Positions 8,622 through 17,148 of a DNA stretch of 64,000 nucleotides are shown in pieces. How positions within the stretch are numbered: position 1 is the stretch's first letter; each line of letters begins with the position of its first letter. This stretch comes from an uncultured Spirochaetota bacterium (lineage in GTDB: Bacteria > Spirochaetota > UBA4802 > UBA5550). Location of the stretch: contig CAWHAA010000006.1 in the NCBI GenBank assembly GCA_963827275.1, positions 96,001-160,000 of the forward strand, in the 5' to 3' direction. Under the pieces are notes generated by a model. That model did not search any database and was not told the DNA's origin. It saw only the letters and a list, made by a program, of their open reading frames with translations. A program made the position numbers and the translations under genes.

Positions 8622-9949
8622 TCCCCCACATATCCGATGGTGACGTTCCCGGGCCCCTTGCCCACAATTTTCGCCAGGAGCTTTAAAAATACGATGAAGA
8701 GCAGGAGATAGATGATGCTGAACATGATGATCGACAATAGTATCTGCCAGGCCGGGACCGACACGGACGCGGCATCCGAGGTCCTGAGGACGCCGTACAC
8801 GGCCCATGGCTGCCTGCCGATCTCCGCCGCCATCCATCCCAGTTCGTTTGAAATGAAGGGGAGCGGAACAGCAACAATCAGGGCCCACAGATACCACCGC
8901 GACCCGTACAGTCGCCCGGTGATCAGCAACATTGCGCCGATGGCCGCGATAAGCGCGAAAAGGGCGCCAAGCCCGATCATGCCATGGTAGGTGAGGTAGA
9001 CCGGGATGATAGGCGGCTGGTCTTCTTCCTTGAATTCATTGAGGCCGATGACCTTTGAATTAGGGTCGAAGTCAATCAGCAGGCTGAGCAGTTTCGGCAC
9101 CGCGATCTCAAGGTGGGTCTTTTTCGCGGCAGGGTCGGGAAGGCCGACAAGGGACATCGGCGCGCCCTCCATGGTCTCCCAGAGCGCTTCAAAGGCCGCC
9201 ATCTTGGCGGGCTGGGTCTTCGCGACCTGTACCGCATGGATGTGGCCGGAGCCGAATTGCAGCAGCGATACGGCGATGAATATGCTGAGGGAGATCGAGA
9301 GCAGCAGCCGGGCGGCGGGAAGTTCGCGGTTCTTTAAAATATACCAGGCCCCGATCCCGGCGGTAAAGAGCGTGCCGGTGATCCAGCCCCCGATGACGGT
9401 ATGAAGGTAGCGCACGAGGGTGGACGGATTGAACGTGGCGGCGTATACGTCCTTCAGCACGGCCCTCCCGCCCTCAATGGCGAATCCGGCCGGTGTCTGC
9501 ATCCACGAGTTGGCGATGATGATCCAGAACCCTGACAGGTGCGACGCAAAAAAAACGAGGAACGCCGAGAGGAGGTATACCTTCCCCGAGACGCGCTCCC
9601 TTCCGAAGAGGAGGATGCCGAGGAAGACCGATTCCATGAAAAAGGCCAGGATCCCCTCCGCGGCAAGCGGCGCTCCGAAGATATCGCCCACCATCCGCGA
9701 GTAATTTGACCAGTTCGTCCCGAATGAAAATTCCAGCACGATGCCGGTCGCGACCCCCATCACGAACACGAGGCCGAGGATTTTAATCATGAACGTCGAT
9801 ACTTTTTTTACGAGCTCGTCCCCGTTCCTCGCATGCATGATCAGCAGGATGAGCACGACCAGGGTAAGTCCGAGGGTGAGGGGCGGGAAAATGAAATGGA
9901 ATCCCGCTGTCAGACCGAATTGAATCCTTGAAAGAAGTACGGCATCCAT
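8618..9949 (-). CDS. cydA: cytochrome bd quinol oxidase subunit I (short Q-loop)
   Basis: SRIQF..TAGFHFIFPPLT, FGTNW, ANSWMQTP, QPAKMAAFE and GWMAAEIGRQPW. Confidence 0.96.
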   Translation of the reverse strand: MDAVLLSRIQFGLTAGFHFIFPPLTLGLTLVVLILLIMHARNGDELVKKVSTFMIKILGLVFVMGVATGIVLEFSFGTNWSNYSRMVGDIFGAPLAAEGILAFFMESVFLGILLFGRERVSGKVYLLSAFLVFFASHLSGFWIIIANSWMQTPAGFAIEGGRAVLKDVYAATFNPSTLVRYLHTVIGGWITGTLFTAGIGAWYILKNRELPAARLLLSISLSIFIAVSLLQFGSGHIHAVQVAKTQPAKMAAFEALWETMEGAPMSLVGLPDPAAKKTHLEIAVPKLLSLLIDFDPNSKVIGLNEFKEEDQPPIIPVYLTYHGMIGLGALFALIAAIGAMLLITGRLYGSRWYLWALIVAVPLPFISNELGWMAAEIGRQPWAVYGVLRTSDAASVSVPAWQILLSIIMFSIIYLLLFIVFLKLLAKIVGKGPGNVTIGYVGE

Positions 9950-10000
9950 ACTAACGACCTCCCGTGCTGATGATGATGACGGTATCTGCCGTCATGTTCC

Positions 10001-10165
10001 TCAGTCTTCGTAGGGCTCGAACTGGTCCTTGGCAACGCCGCACTGGGGACAGACCCAGTCAGCCGGAAGTTTTTCGAACGGCGTGCCCGGCTTGATGCCC
10101 GAATCGGGATCGCCGACTTCAGGATCGTATACGTAGCCGCATACCGAACATACATATTTTTTCAT
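10001..10165 (-). CDS. rub: rubredoxin
   Basis: [15 protein letters not shown]...[19 protein letters not shown] upstream of ATG 10165. Confidence 0.96.
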   Translation of the reverse strand: MKKYVCSVCGYVYDPEVGDPDSGIKPGTPFEKLPADWVCPQCGVAKDQFEPYED

Positions 10166-10202
10166 GTCTGATTCCTCCACTATCTGGTTTGTATAATCTA
10201 AC

Positions 10203-10221
10203 AATTGTAATAGTTACAAAT
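10203..10221. promoter_or_regulatory. candidate PerR operator upstream of rub-cydAB-dfx-ftnA-rbr
   Basis: Near-perfect palindrome AATTGTAA-TAG-TTACAAAT with a GTAAtngTTAC core, abutting the -10 of a TTGCAA-17-TAATTT promoter on the minus strand, next to perR. Confidence 0.7.
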
Positions 10222-10314
10222 TAATATACGGTTGATTATTTTGCAATAAGAAAAATATTTTTTATGATGCTGTGCTGAAAAACCGACGCACGCCGGTCAG
10301 TGATGGCGCGCGGT

Positions 10315-10734
10315 CTAATGCTGGCATTTTTTACAGATGCCTTTGTAATAGACCTGTTTCTCCGTGACAAGGTGCCCTTCTATTTTTTTTCCGGGACCGG
10401 TTTTTTTCTCAATCACTATATGCTCGGGATCGATGTCATACAGGATGCCGCATACGGTGCACTTGAAGTGGCCATGGAAAGATATCTCGGCGTCGTACCG
10501 GACCTCGTTGTCTTCAATGGTAATGTTCGAGACAAGGCCCTTTTCTCCGAATGTCTTCAGGGTGTTGTAGATCGTCGTTTTCGAGAGCGTGGGGATCTGC
10601 TTGATAATAGCGTTGTAAATATCGTCCGCGGTCGGGTGGGTCTTGTTGCCCCACAGGTATTCATAGATCTTCAGCCGGTGGTATGAAGGGCTGATGCCGT
10701 TCTTGATAAGCATCTCTTTGAGGTTGTTGTCCAT
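10315..10734 (-). CDS. perR: Fur-family peroxide-sensing repressor PerR
   Basis: HPTADDIY, SKTTIYNTL, RYD...HGHFKCTVCG..YDI (Asp at the PerR-specific position), CKKC; sits within an oxidative-stress cluster. Confidence 0.82.
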   Translation of the reverse strand: MDNNLKEMLIKNGISPSYHRLKIYEYLWGNKTHPTADDIYNAIIKQIPTLSKTTIYNTLKTFGEKGLVSNITIEDNEVRYDAEISFHGHFKCTVCGILYDIDPEHIVIEKKTGPGKKIEGHLVTEKQVYYKGICKKCQH

Positions 10735-10788
10735 GGTTATACGTCCATTTCGAGATGTGCGCATGCCGTTACGGCAGATCTGGCACGG

Positions 10789-11953
10789 TCACTGAATCTC
10801 CTTTTCCAGCTTTGCGGTTATGCTGTTTAATAATTCGTCATCCGGAATGTATTTGGCGCGTATGCTTTCGAGCATGGTAAAGCCGCAGCCCGCGAGAATC
10901 TCTTCAACCTGCTTTATGCTCTGGCCGCCCCAGCCGTATGAGCCGAACGCGAGCCCGGTCCTTGTTTTTGGCGCAAGGCCGCGGAGATAGGTAAGGAAGG
11001 CCGAAACGGTCGGCAGCATGTTGTTGTTCAGCGTGGGCGACCCGACGCAGATATACCTGGCGTCGATCACCTCGGTCATGATGTCGGAAATGTGGTTCGT
11101 CTGGAGGCTCATCATGTGTGCGCGGCAGCCGCGGTTTTCGAACGCCGCGGCGACATGCAAACGCGATCTTTTTCGTCGAGTTCCACATGGTGTCGTAGAT
11201 GATAAGGGCCTTGTCCGCGGTCTCGTTGGCCGACCACGCGGTGTAGGCCTTGATGATCGACGGGATGTTCTTCCTCCATATGATGCCGTGGCTGGGCGCT
11301 ATGACGTCTATGGCCAGGGGGGCGGCCGCGGCCAGGGCTTTCTTGACCTGGTCGGAATAGGGGAGGACGATATTGGCGTAATACTTGCGCGCCTCCTCCA
11401 TGATTATATCGAGCGAGAACTCGTCGTCGAAGCGCTCGGGGGTGGCCAGGTGCTGGCCGAATGCGTCATTGGAGAAAAGGATGCGCTCTTCAGGGAGATA
11501 GGTAATCATGTTATCGGGCCAGTGGACCATTGGCGTGAGCACGAAGGTGAAGTTGTATTTGCCGGTGCTGATGGTTTCGGCATTGTTCACCGCTTTCAGG
11601 TTCAGGCCGGATTTGTAATGCTCGTTGAGGCCCTTCATCCCGTTCGGCGAGGTGTAGATTGTCGCCCGGGGGGCGATCTTCGCTATCATCGGGAGGGACC
11701 CCGAATGGTCCATCTCGACATGGTTGGATATGATGCAGTCGATTTTCGACGGGTCAACCACGGAGCTGATGCGCTCAAGCATCTCGTCGCAGAGATAATG
11801 TTTCACGGTATCGATGAGGGTTATCTTTTCATCGATCACCAGGTAGGCATTATAGGTGGAACCGCGCTGGGTAAGGTAGCCGTGGAAATTTCTCAGGTCC
11901 CAGTCGATGCCGCCGACCCAGTAGATGTTGTCTTTTATTTTTATCGCTTTCAT
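10789..11953 (-). pseudogene. fprA: flavodiiron protein (FprA/ROO/NorV family) interrupted by a one-base frameshift near 11155
   Basis: The N-terminal ORF has GSTYNAYL, NHVEMDHSG, VHWPD, FSNDAFGQH, APSHG and YDTMWNST. The flavodoxin domain continues in another frame (VAAAFEN...GSPTLNN...FGSYGWGG). Minus strand reads GCG TTT GCA T GTC GCC, i.e. one extra base. May be an assembly error. Confidence 0.85.
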
Positions 11954-12266
11954 GTCTGCGCTCCATCGTGATTGCTGTAATCTGTCGGATAAACATAAAC
12001 GGCAACCGGAGCTTCACCTTCCATATAACGCACGCCCCTGTCCATTTATCCGATACTGTATTATATTTTGTCAATTAAACTTTTATATTTGTTTTAAAAT
12101 TTAAACCGGAGAGGGACAAAATAATTGCCAATTATACTTTGGTGTTGACAGCATGAGCCAAAATGTAACAATACTGTAACAGCGTCGACAATGCGTTACG
12201 GCTGCCCATGGAGCGCGCGTCCACGTCGATAAGGTAAAAAAACAATACCAACCGAGGTTCCGGCAT

Positions 12267-13586
12267 ATGAAAACCGCAAAAATAATGTGCACGATTATAG
12301 CAGCGGCCTCTCTCATGCTCTGCGTATCATGCAGGAAAACGCAGCACTGGGAATTGTCCCGCTTCGTCTCGCCGGAAACCTGCGGCGGGTGTCACGACGC
12401 GATCTATGAACAGTGGAAGGGGTCGATGCACAGCCTGTCGCACGTTGACCCGATCTACCGCGAGGTGGCGCTCCACGACCTGAAGGGGCTTACCGACCCG
12501 GATGAGATAAAGGAAGCGGAGCACTGCGTGCCCTGCCACACTCCGGTCGGCTTTGTGTCCGGCATGCCGCTGAAGACATCGGACCATACAAAGACGATAC
12601 CTGAAATCGCCGCAAAGGGCATCCAGTGCGACTACTGCCATTCCGCGACGCGGGTACGCGAGGTATTCAATGCACAGATCGACATAGAGCCGGGGAACGG
12701 CGAGAGCGACCCGGGGACAAAGCGCGGCCCGAGGAAAGACGCGGAACCTGATTTTCACAAGGCGGCATATTCTGAAATGCATACGCGTTCCGAATTCTGC
12801 GGTTCCTGTCATGACGTGCGGCATGTCGTTTTCGGGACGAAGCTTGAGACGCCGTACGAGGAATGGAAGAGAGGCCCCTACGCGGCGCAGGGCATACAGT
12901 GCCAGGGGTGCCATATGTACCAGCGGCCGGGCGTCCCTGCGACCGGCTCGACGGAACGGCCCGGCAACCCGGGGGCGTCGGCTTCGGGCGCAAAGGAGCG
13001 CCCCCATGTCTTTACCCATTATTTCACGGGGGGGAATTCCCTGGTCCCGTCCATGTTCAAAAACAAGGACCAGTCGAAGCTCGCTGAAGAGCGGCTTAAA
13101 AACGCCGCCACGGTCTCTATTGATGCAGCGCTCGCTGACGGCGCCCTGCGCGTCAAGGTGACCAACAGCGGTGCGGGCCACAGCATCCCGACCGGACTGA
13201 GCCACGTGCGACAGATGTGGCTTGAGGTGACGGTCACCGGCGCGGGAGGGAGGATGATATACAAGAGCGGTGCCCTGGACCGGGAGGGCAAAATACCGAC
13301 CGGCGCGGTTCTCTATAACCTGGTGCTCGGCGACGGCAGGGGCGTCCCGGTAATGAATGTCGCAAAGGCGCGGGAAATCATCAGGGACAGGAGGATCGAT
13401 CCGATGAAGAGCGCGGTGGAGACATACCGGCTGACCGGGATAGAGGAAAAAACCGTAACCGCCGAAGCGAAATTATGGTACCGCATCGCGCCGCAGGAGG
13501 TGGTCGATGCCGTGCTCGGGAAAGGTGCGCTGGCGATACCTGCCGTCCTCATGGCATCTGACCGCAAAACGGTGACGGTCCGGTAG
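12267..13586 (+). CDS. pentaheme c-type cytochrome lipoprotein (c-552/c-554-like family)
   Basis: Signal peptide with lipobox-like LCVSC; five CxxCH motifs (CGGCH, CVPCH, CDYCH, CGSCH, CQGCH); C-terminal GAGHSIPTG domain. Confidence 0.88.
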   Translation: MKTAKIMCTIIAAASLMLCVSCRKTQHWELSRFVSPETCGGCHDAIYEQWKGSMHSLSHVDPIYREVALHDLKGLTDPDEIKEAEHCVPCHTPVGFVSGMPLKTSDHTKTIPEIAAKGIQCDYCHSATRVREVFNAQIDIEPGNGESDPGTKRGPRKDAEPDFHKAAYSEMHTRSEFCGSCHDVRHVVFGTKLETPYEEWKRGPYAAQGIQCQGCHMYQRPGVPATGSTERPGNPGASASGAKERPHVFTHYFTGGNSLVPSMFKNKDQSKLAEERLKNAATVSIDAALADGALRVKVTNSGAGHSIPTGLSHVRQMWLEVTVTGAGGRMIYKSGALDREGKIPTGAVLYNLVLGDGRGVPVMNVAKAREIIRDRRIDPMKSAVETYRLTGIEEKTVTAEAKLWYRIAPQEVVDAVLGKGALAIPAVLMASDRKTVTVR

Positions 13587-13607
13587 CGGACGTTTTTAGA
13601 AACGCCG

Positions 13608-14090
13608 CTATCGGCCCCGGGCATCTTTCAGGGCGTTCAGGACCTCCTCGGCGTGCCCGTTTACGCGCACCTTCTCCCAGATGCGCTGTATGACGCCCGC
13701 GGGGTCTATGAGGAACGTCGAGCGAACAACGCCGTATGACTCCTTCCCGTATAATTTTTTTATCTGCCACACGCCGTAGCGTTTGATGACCGCACGCCCG
13801 GCATCGCTGAGAAGGGTGATCCCCGTGCCGAGCTTCGCCATGAACCTGCCGTGGCTGGCCGGAGAATCGGGGCTGATGCCGATGACCCTGGCTTTCAGCC
13901 TGCCGAAATCCCCGGCGCGGGCGGTGAATTCCGCCGCCTCGGTCGTGCACCCCGGCGTGTTGTCGCGCGGATAGAAATAGAGCACCACCCATGAGCCGCG
14001 CAGCCCTTCCAGTGAAACTTCCTTCCCGGCTGAATCCGGCAGGGTAAAGTCGGGGGCTTTAACGCCTTCCTGCAATTTTTTCGTTGCCAT
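13608..14090 (-). CDS. bcp: peroxiredoxin BCP/PrxQ (single Cys)
   Basis: APDFTL, VLYFYPRDNTPGCTTEA, GISPD, RSTFLID; AAGGAGGAG SD before ATG 14090. Confidence 0.92.
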   Translation of the reverse strand: MATKKLQEGVKAPDFTLPDSAGKEVSLEGLRGSWVVLYFYPRDNTPGCTTEAAEFTARAGDFGRLKARVIGISPDSPASHGRFMAKLGTGITLLSDAGRAVIKRYGVWQIKKLYGKESYGVVRSTFLIDPAGVIQRIWEKVRVNGHAEEVLNALKDARGR

Positions 14091-14161
14091 GCGTGCGCTC
14101 CTCCTTAGTGTGGCGATCAAAACCTGTCAGCGATGACAGCAGTATGGCGTGTAACCGGGCA

Positions 14162-14821
14162 ATGTCAACAACTCCTGAAAATAAATATGACGCGTCCCTG
14201 AGGCGTATCCACCGGGAGATCGGGGGGCGGGTCGGCCTCCGGCTCAGTGAATTCAGGGAGATCTGGGAAACGGCGGATGACACGAAACTCTTCGTGGAGC
14301 TTGTATTCTGCCTCCTTACCCCGCAATCGGGGGCGCGGCGCTGCTGGCAGGCGGTCGAAAATCTGCTGCGCGGCGGCATTCTGTTCTACGGTGGGCCCGA
14401 TGAAATATGCCGCGAGCTGAACATCGTCCGCTTCAAGAACCACAAGACCTCCTACCTCCTGGAAGCGCGGGAGGCGTTGTACGGGCCGGGAAAATCCCTG
14501 CGGCGGACGCTGTGCGCGTGCGGGGATGCCGCGGGGATGCGGGAGTGGATATTCCGGAACGTGAAGGGACTCGGGTACAAGGAGGCGAGCCATTTCCTCA
14601 GGAATATCGGGCTCGGCGAGGGACTCGCGATACTCGACCGGCACGTGCTGCGGATCATGCATGAGCGGGGGCTGATCGGCGGCATTCCGGCGTCCATATC
14701 GCCGCACCGGTATTGTGAAATGGAGCGCATACTGGGCGATTACGCCCGCAGGATCAGAGTGCCGATGGGGCACCTGGATTTTGTCATGTGGTACAGGGCG
14801 ACAGGAGATATTTTCAAGTGA
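14162..14821 (+). CDS. ogg: 8-oxoguanine DNA glycosylase/AP lyase (Ogg2, archaeal/Thermotoga-type)
   Basis: ELVFCLLTPQS, RFKNHK, HhH motif KGLGYKEASHFLRNIG, AILDRHVLR, and a C-terminal Lys (GDIFK). Confidence 0.88.
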   Translation: MSTTPENKYDASLRRIHREIGGRVGLRLSEFREIWETADDTKLFVELVFCLLTPQSGARRCWQAVENLLRGGILFYGGPDEICRELNIVRFKNHKTSYLLEAREALYGPGKSLRRTLCACGDAAGMREWIFRNVKGLGYKEASHFLRNIGLGEGLAILDRHVLRIMHERGLIGGIPASISPHRYCEMERILGDYARRIRVPMGHLDFVMWYRATGDIFK

Positions 14822-14848
14822 CGTGGCGGTCTTCCGGCGCGACCGGCA

Positions 14849-15328
14849 TCACATCAGCCTCAGCTTTTCCGACAGGTCAGCCAGTGTAATGACGTGGGCC
14901 CGTTCCTCGGATATGATCCTGTCGAGCAGGGCGGACGACTCCGTGCCGGCCGGATACAGCCCTTTCATGCCGTAATAGAACAGTATGGAGTCCTTTTCCG
15001 CTATCAGGGCCAGCCGCACCGCGTCTATCGGAAGCCGTAGCGTTTCCATGACGTGTTCCGGGTCCTTGCCCGGCGTCCCGAATACCCGTGAGCCGCCGAT
15101 GGCAGCGAGATAGGCATAGTATTCCTCGGTAAAGTTGCCCGGTGCGGCGTCATTGCCGTGGAACGACTGGAATAATTTTTTATGCGCCAGCTCTTCCTTC
15201 GCGAGGAACTCGAAGGCGTCACGCATGGCGGGCTCCTTGAATTTTTCTGCGCAGCGGGCGTAGAACTCGTTCCCTGTCTCCTCGATGCCGACGGCGATAT
15301 CGATGATCTCCTTCATGGTATACGACAT
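14849..15328 (-). CDS. ferritin-like / rubrerythrin-family di-iron protein
   Basis: AVGIEETGNEFY, EELAH, AEKDSILFY, EERAH. Confidence 0.85.
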   Translation of the reverse strand: MSYTMKEIIDIAVGIEETGNEFYARCAEKFKEPAMRDAFEFLAKEELAHKKLFQSFHGNDAAPGNFTEEYYAYLAAIGGSRVFGTPGKDPEHVMETLRLPIDAVRLALIAEKDSILFYYGMKGLYPAGTESSALLDRIISEERAHVITLADLSEKLRLM

Positions 15329-15383
15329 TGTAAATTTCCCCCTTGACGGATATACGGGCGCTGGTCATTGCCGGCCCGCGGGT

Positions 15384-16859
15384 CTATTGCTTCCAGTTGA
15401 TGAACGCCTCGACAAGGAGGCGTACGCCGAACCCGGTGGCCTCCTTGGGCCGGTAGCCGCGCTGCTTCGTGGCGCGCGCCGTGCTCGCGATGTCAAGGTG
15501 CGCCCATTTGCCGCCGCCGGCGAAGTTCTTCAGGAAGATGCCGCCCATGATGGTGCCGGCGTTGCGTTCCGATGACATGTTGCACAGGTCCGCGATGTCG
15601 GACTTCATGTTGTCCTCGTAGTCTTTGACGAACGGGAGGCGCCAGATCATTTCGCCGGTCGCCGCGCCGGCCTCCTCGAGGAGCTTCCCGAGCCCGTCAT
15701 CGGTGGCCAGATACCCCGCGACGGATTCGCCGAAGGTGGCGAGGCAGGCGCCGGTGAGCGTGGCGATGTCGACGATGACCGCCGGCTTGAGCTCCTTCAC
15801 GGTATAGGAGAGCGCGTCGGCAAGGATCAGGCGGCCCTCCGCGTCGGTGTTGCCGATTTCGACCGTGGTGCCGTTGTGGGCGGTGAACACGTCTCCCGGC
15901 CTGAACGATTCGTTTGATATCATGTTGTCGGTAATCGGAAGGACCGCGTACAGGTTGATGGGCAGCCTGAGCTCGGCGGCCGTCTTGAGCGCGTAGAGCG
16001 CCGCCGCGGCGCCAGCCATGTCGGTCCGCATGTCTTCAATGTGGCCTGACGGCTTGAGGTTCATGCCGCCCGAATCGAAGGTGATGCCCTTGCCGACAAC
16101 GGCGAAATGCTTCGCTCCGGGTTTGCCGCCCCGGTATTCAAGCACCACCAGCATGGGGGGCTTTGAGCTGCCCTTGTTCACGGCGAGGAGAAGCCCCATC
16201 TTCATTTTTTCGATCTCTTTTTTCCCATACACGGTGCATTTCACGCCGGGGATCCGCGCCAGCGCCTTTGCTTCCCGGGCCATGCCACGCGAGTCGCATT
16301 TTTCACTGATCTCGTTGATGAGGTCGCGGCAGAGGAGCGTGTTGCGGCATATGGTCGAGGTCTTTTTTATAATCGAAGCCGCGTTTTGCGCGGCGGTATA
16401 AAATATAGCCGATTCAATCAGGGACTTTCCGTTGCCATTTTTCTTCGTCTTGTACCGGTCAAAGCTGTAGTTCGAGAGGCAGAGCCCTTCGGCGAGCGAT
16501 TGGAGCACCAAGGCGTTCTCGATGCCCCGGACCTCCGGGACCACCACGTGGACTTTGGGTATGGATTTTTCCCTGCACAGGCTGACCGCGCCGGTGACGC
16601 AGCGCCGCAGTGACTCGGGGTCCGTGTCCGCGTGCTTGCCGGTACCGCACAGTATCACGGTCGGCTTGTCCGCAAACGGCGCGAATATCACTTCCGCCTG
16701 CTTGCCCTTGAAATAGGAAAGGTCGAGACGTTCGCCGATGTAGGAAAATCCCGCCGGAAGCGCGGAAGGCTTTTTCGACCCCTCCCGTTCCGGCGTAAAG
16801 AGGATCACCGTATCATCTTTCCTGAATGGCGCCCCGGGCTTTTTAGCTTCGATCTTCAT
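15384..16859 (-). CDS. pepA: leucyl aminopeptidase (M17)
   Basis: VGKGITFDSGG, DMAGAA, NTDAEGRLILAD, DIATLTGA, WAHLDIA; GAGGTG SD before ATG 16859. Confidence 0.95.
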   Translation of the reverse strand: MKIEAKKPGAPFRKDDTVILFTPEREGSKKPSALPAGFSYIGERLDLSYFKGKQAEVIFAPFADKPTVILCGTGKHADTDPESLRRCVTGAVSLCREKSIPKVHVVVPEVRGIENALVLQSLAEGLCLSNYSFDRYKTKKNGNGKSLIESAIFYTAAQNAASIIKKTSTICRNTLLCRDLINEISEKCDSRGMAREAKALARIPGVKCTVYGKKEIEKMKMGLLLAVNKGSSKPPMLVVLEYRGGKPGAKHFAVVGKGITFDSGGMNLKPSGHIEDMRTDMAGAAAALYALKTAAELRLPINLYAVLPITDNMISNESFRPGDVFTAHNGTTVEIGNTDAEGRLILADALSYTVKELKPAVIVDIATLTGACLATFGESVAGYLATDDGLGKLLEEAGAATGEMIWRLPFVKDYEDNMKSDIADLCNMSSERNAGTIMGGIFLKNFAGGGKWAHLDIASTARATKQRGYRPKEATGFGVRLLVEAFINWKQ

Positions 16860-17148
16860 CTGTCCACCTCGTATAAATAATGCATTTTTTATCAGGACAG
16901 GGATTTCATTCAAGAAATATTTTTATCAGTGATCATATACTTGAAATAGAATAAATTGAAAATAAGAGTGGGTCGGGTGCCATGCCGCGAGAAGGCGACA
17001 CGGAGGGCATGCCTTTTCGCGACATCCTGTCGCGGCATGCAGGCATCCTGCCATCTATCGCCGGTCTTGCCGAGTCAATCCCGATTCATTAAAAGAAAAG
17101 ATGAGATCGGGATTATACGAGGCGGACGAGCGGGATGGCCTCGACCCA

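Noticed and set aside
8622..8897. N-terminal 90-aa extension of the cydB ORF
   Set aside because: It overlaps cydA in another frame; CydB similarity starts at MSMETLQ.
9966..9980. Short TGA/GAT trinucleotide run between rub and cydA
   Set aside because: Only about four units, intergenic, with no evidence of phase variation or function.
10904..11154. Arg/Pro-rich tail of the 349-aa fprA ORF as a novel domain
   Set aside because: It is out-of-frame translation after the frameshift; the real flavodoxin domain is in the other frame.
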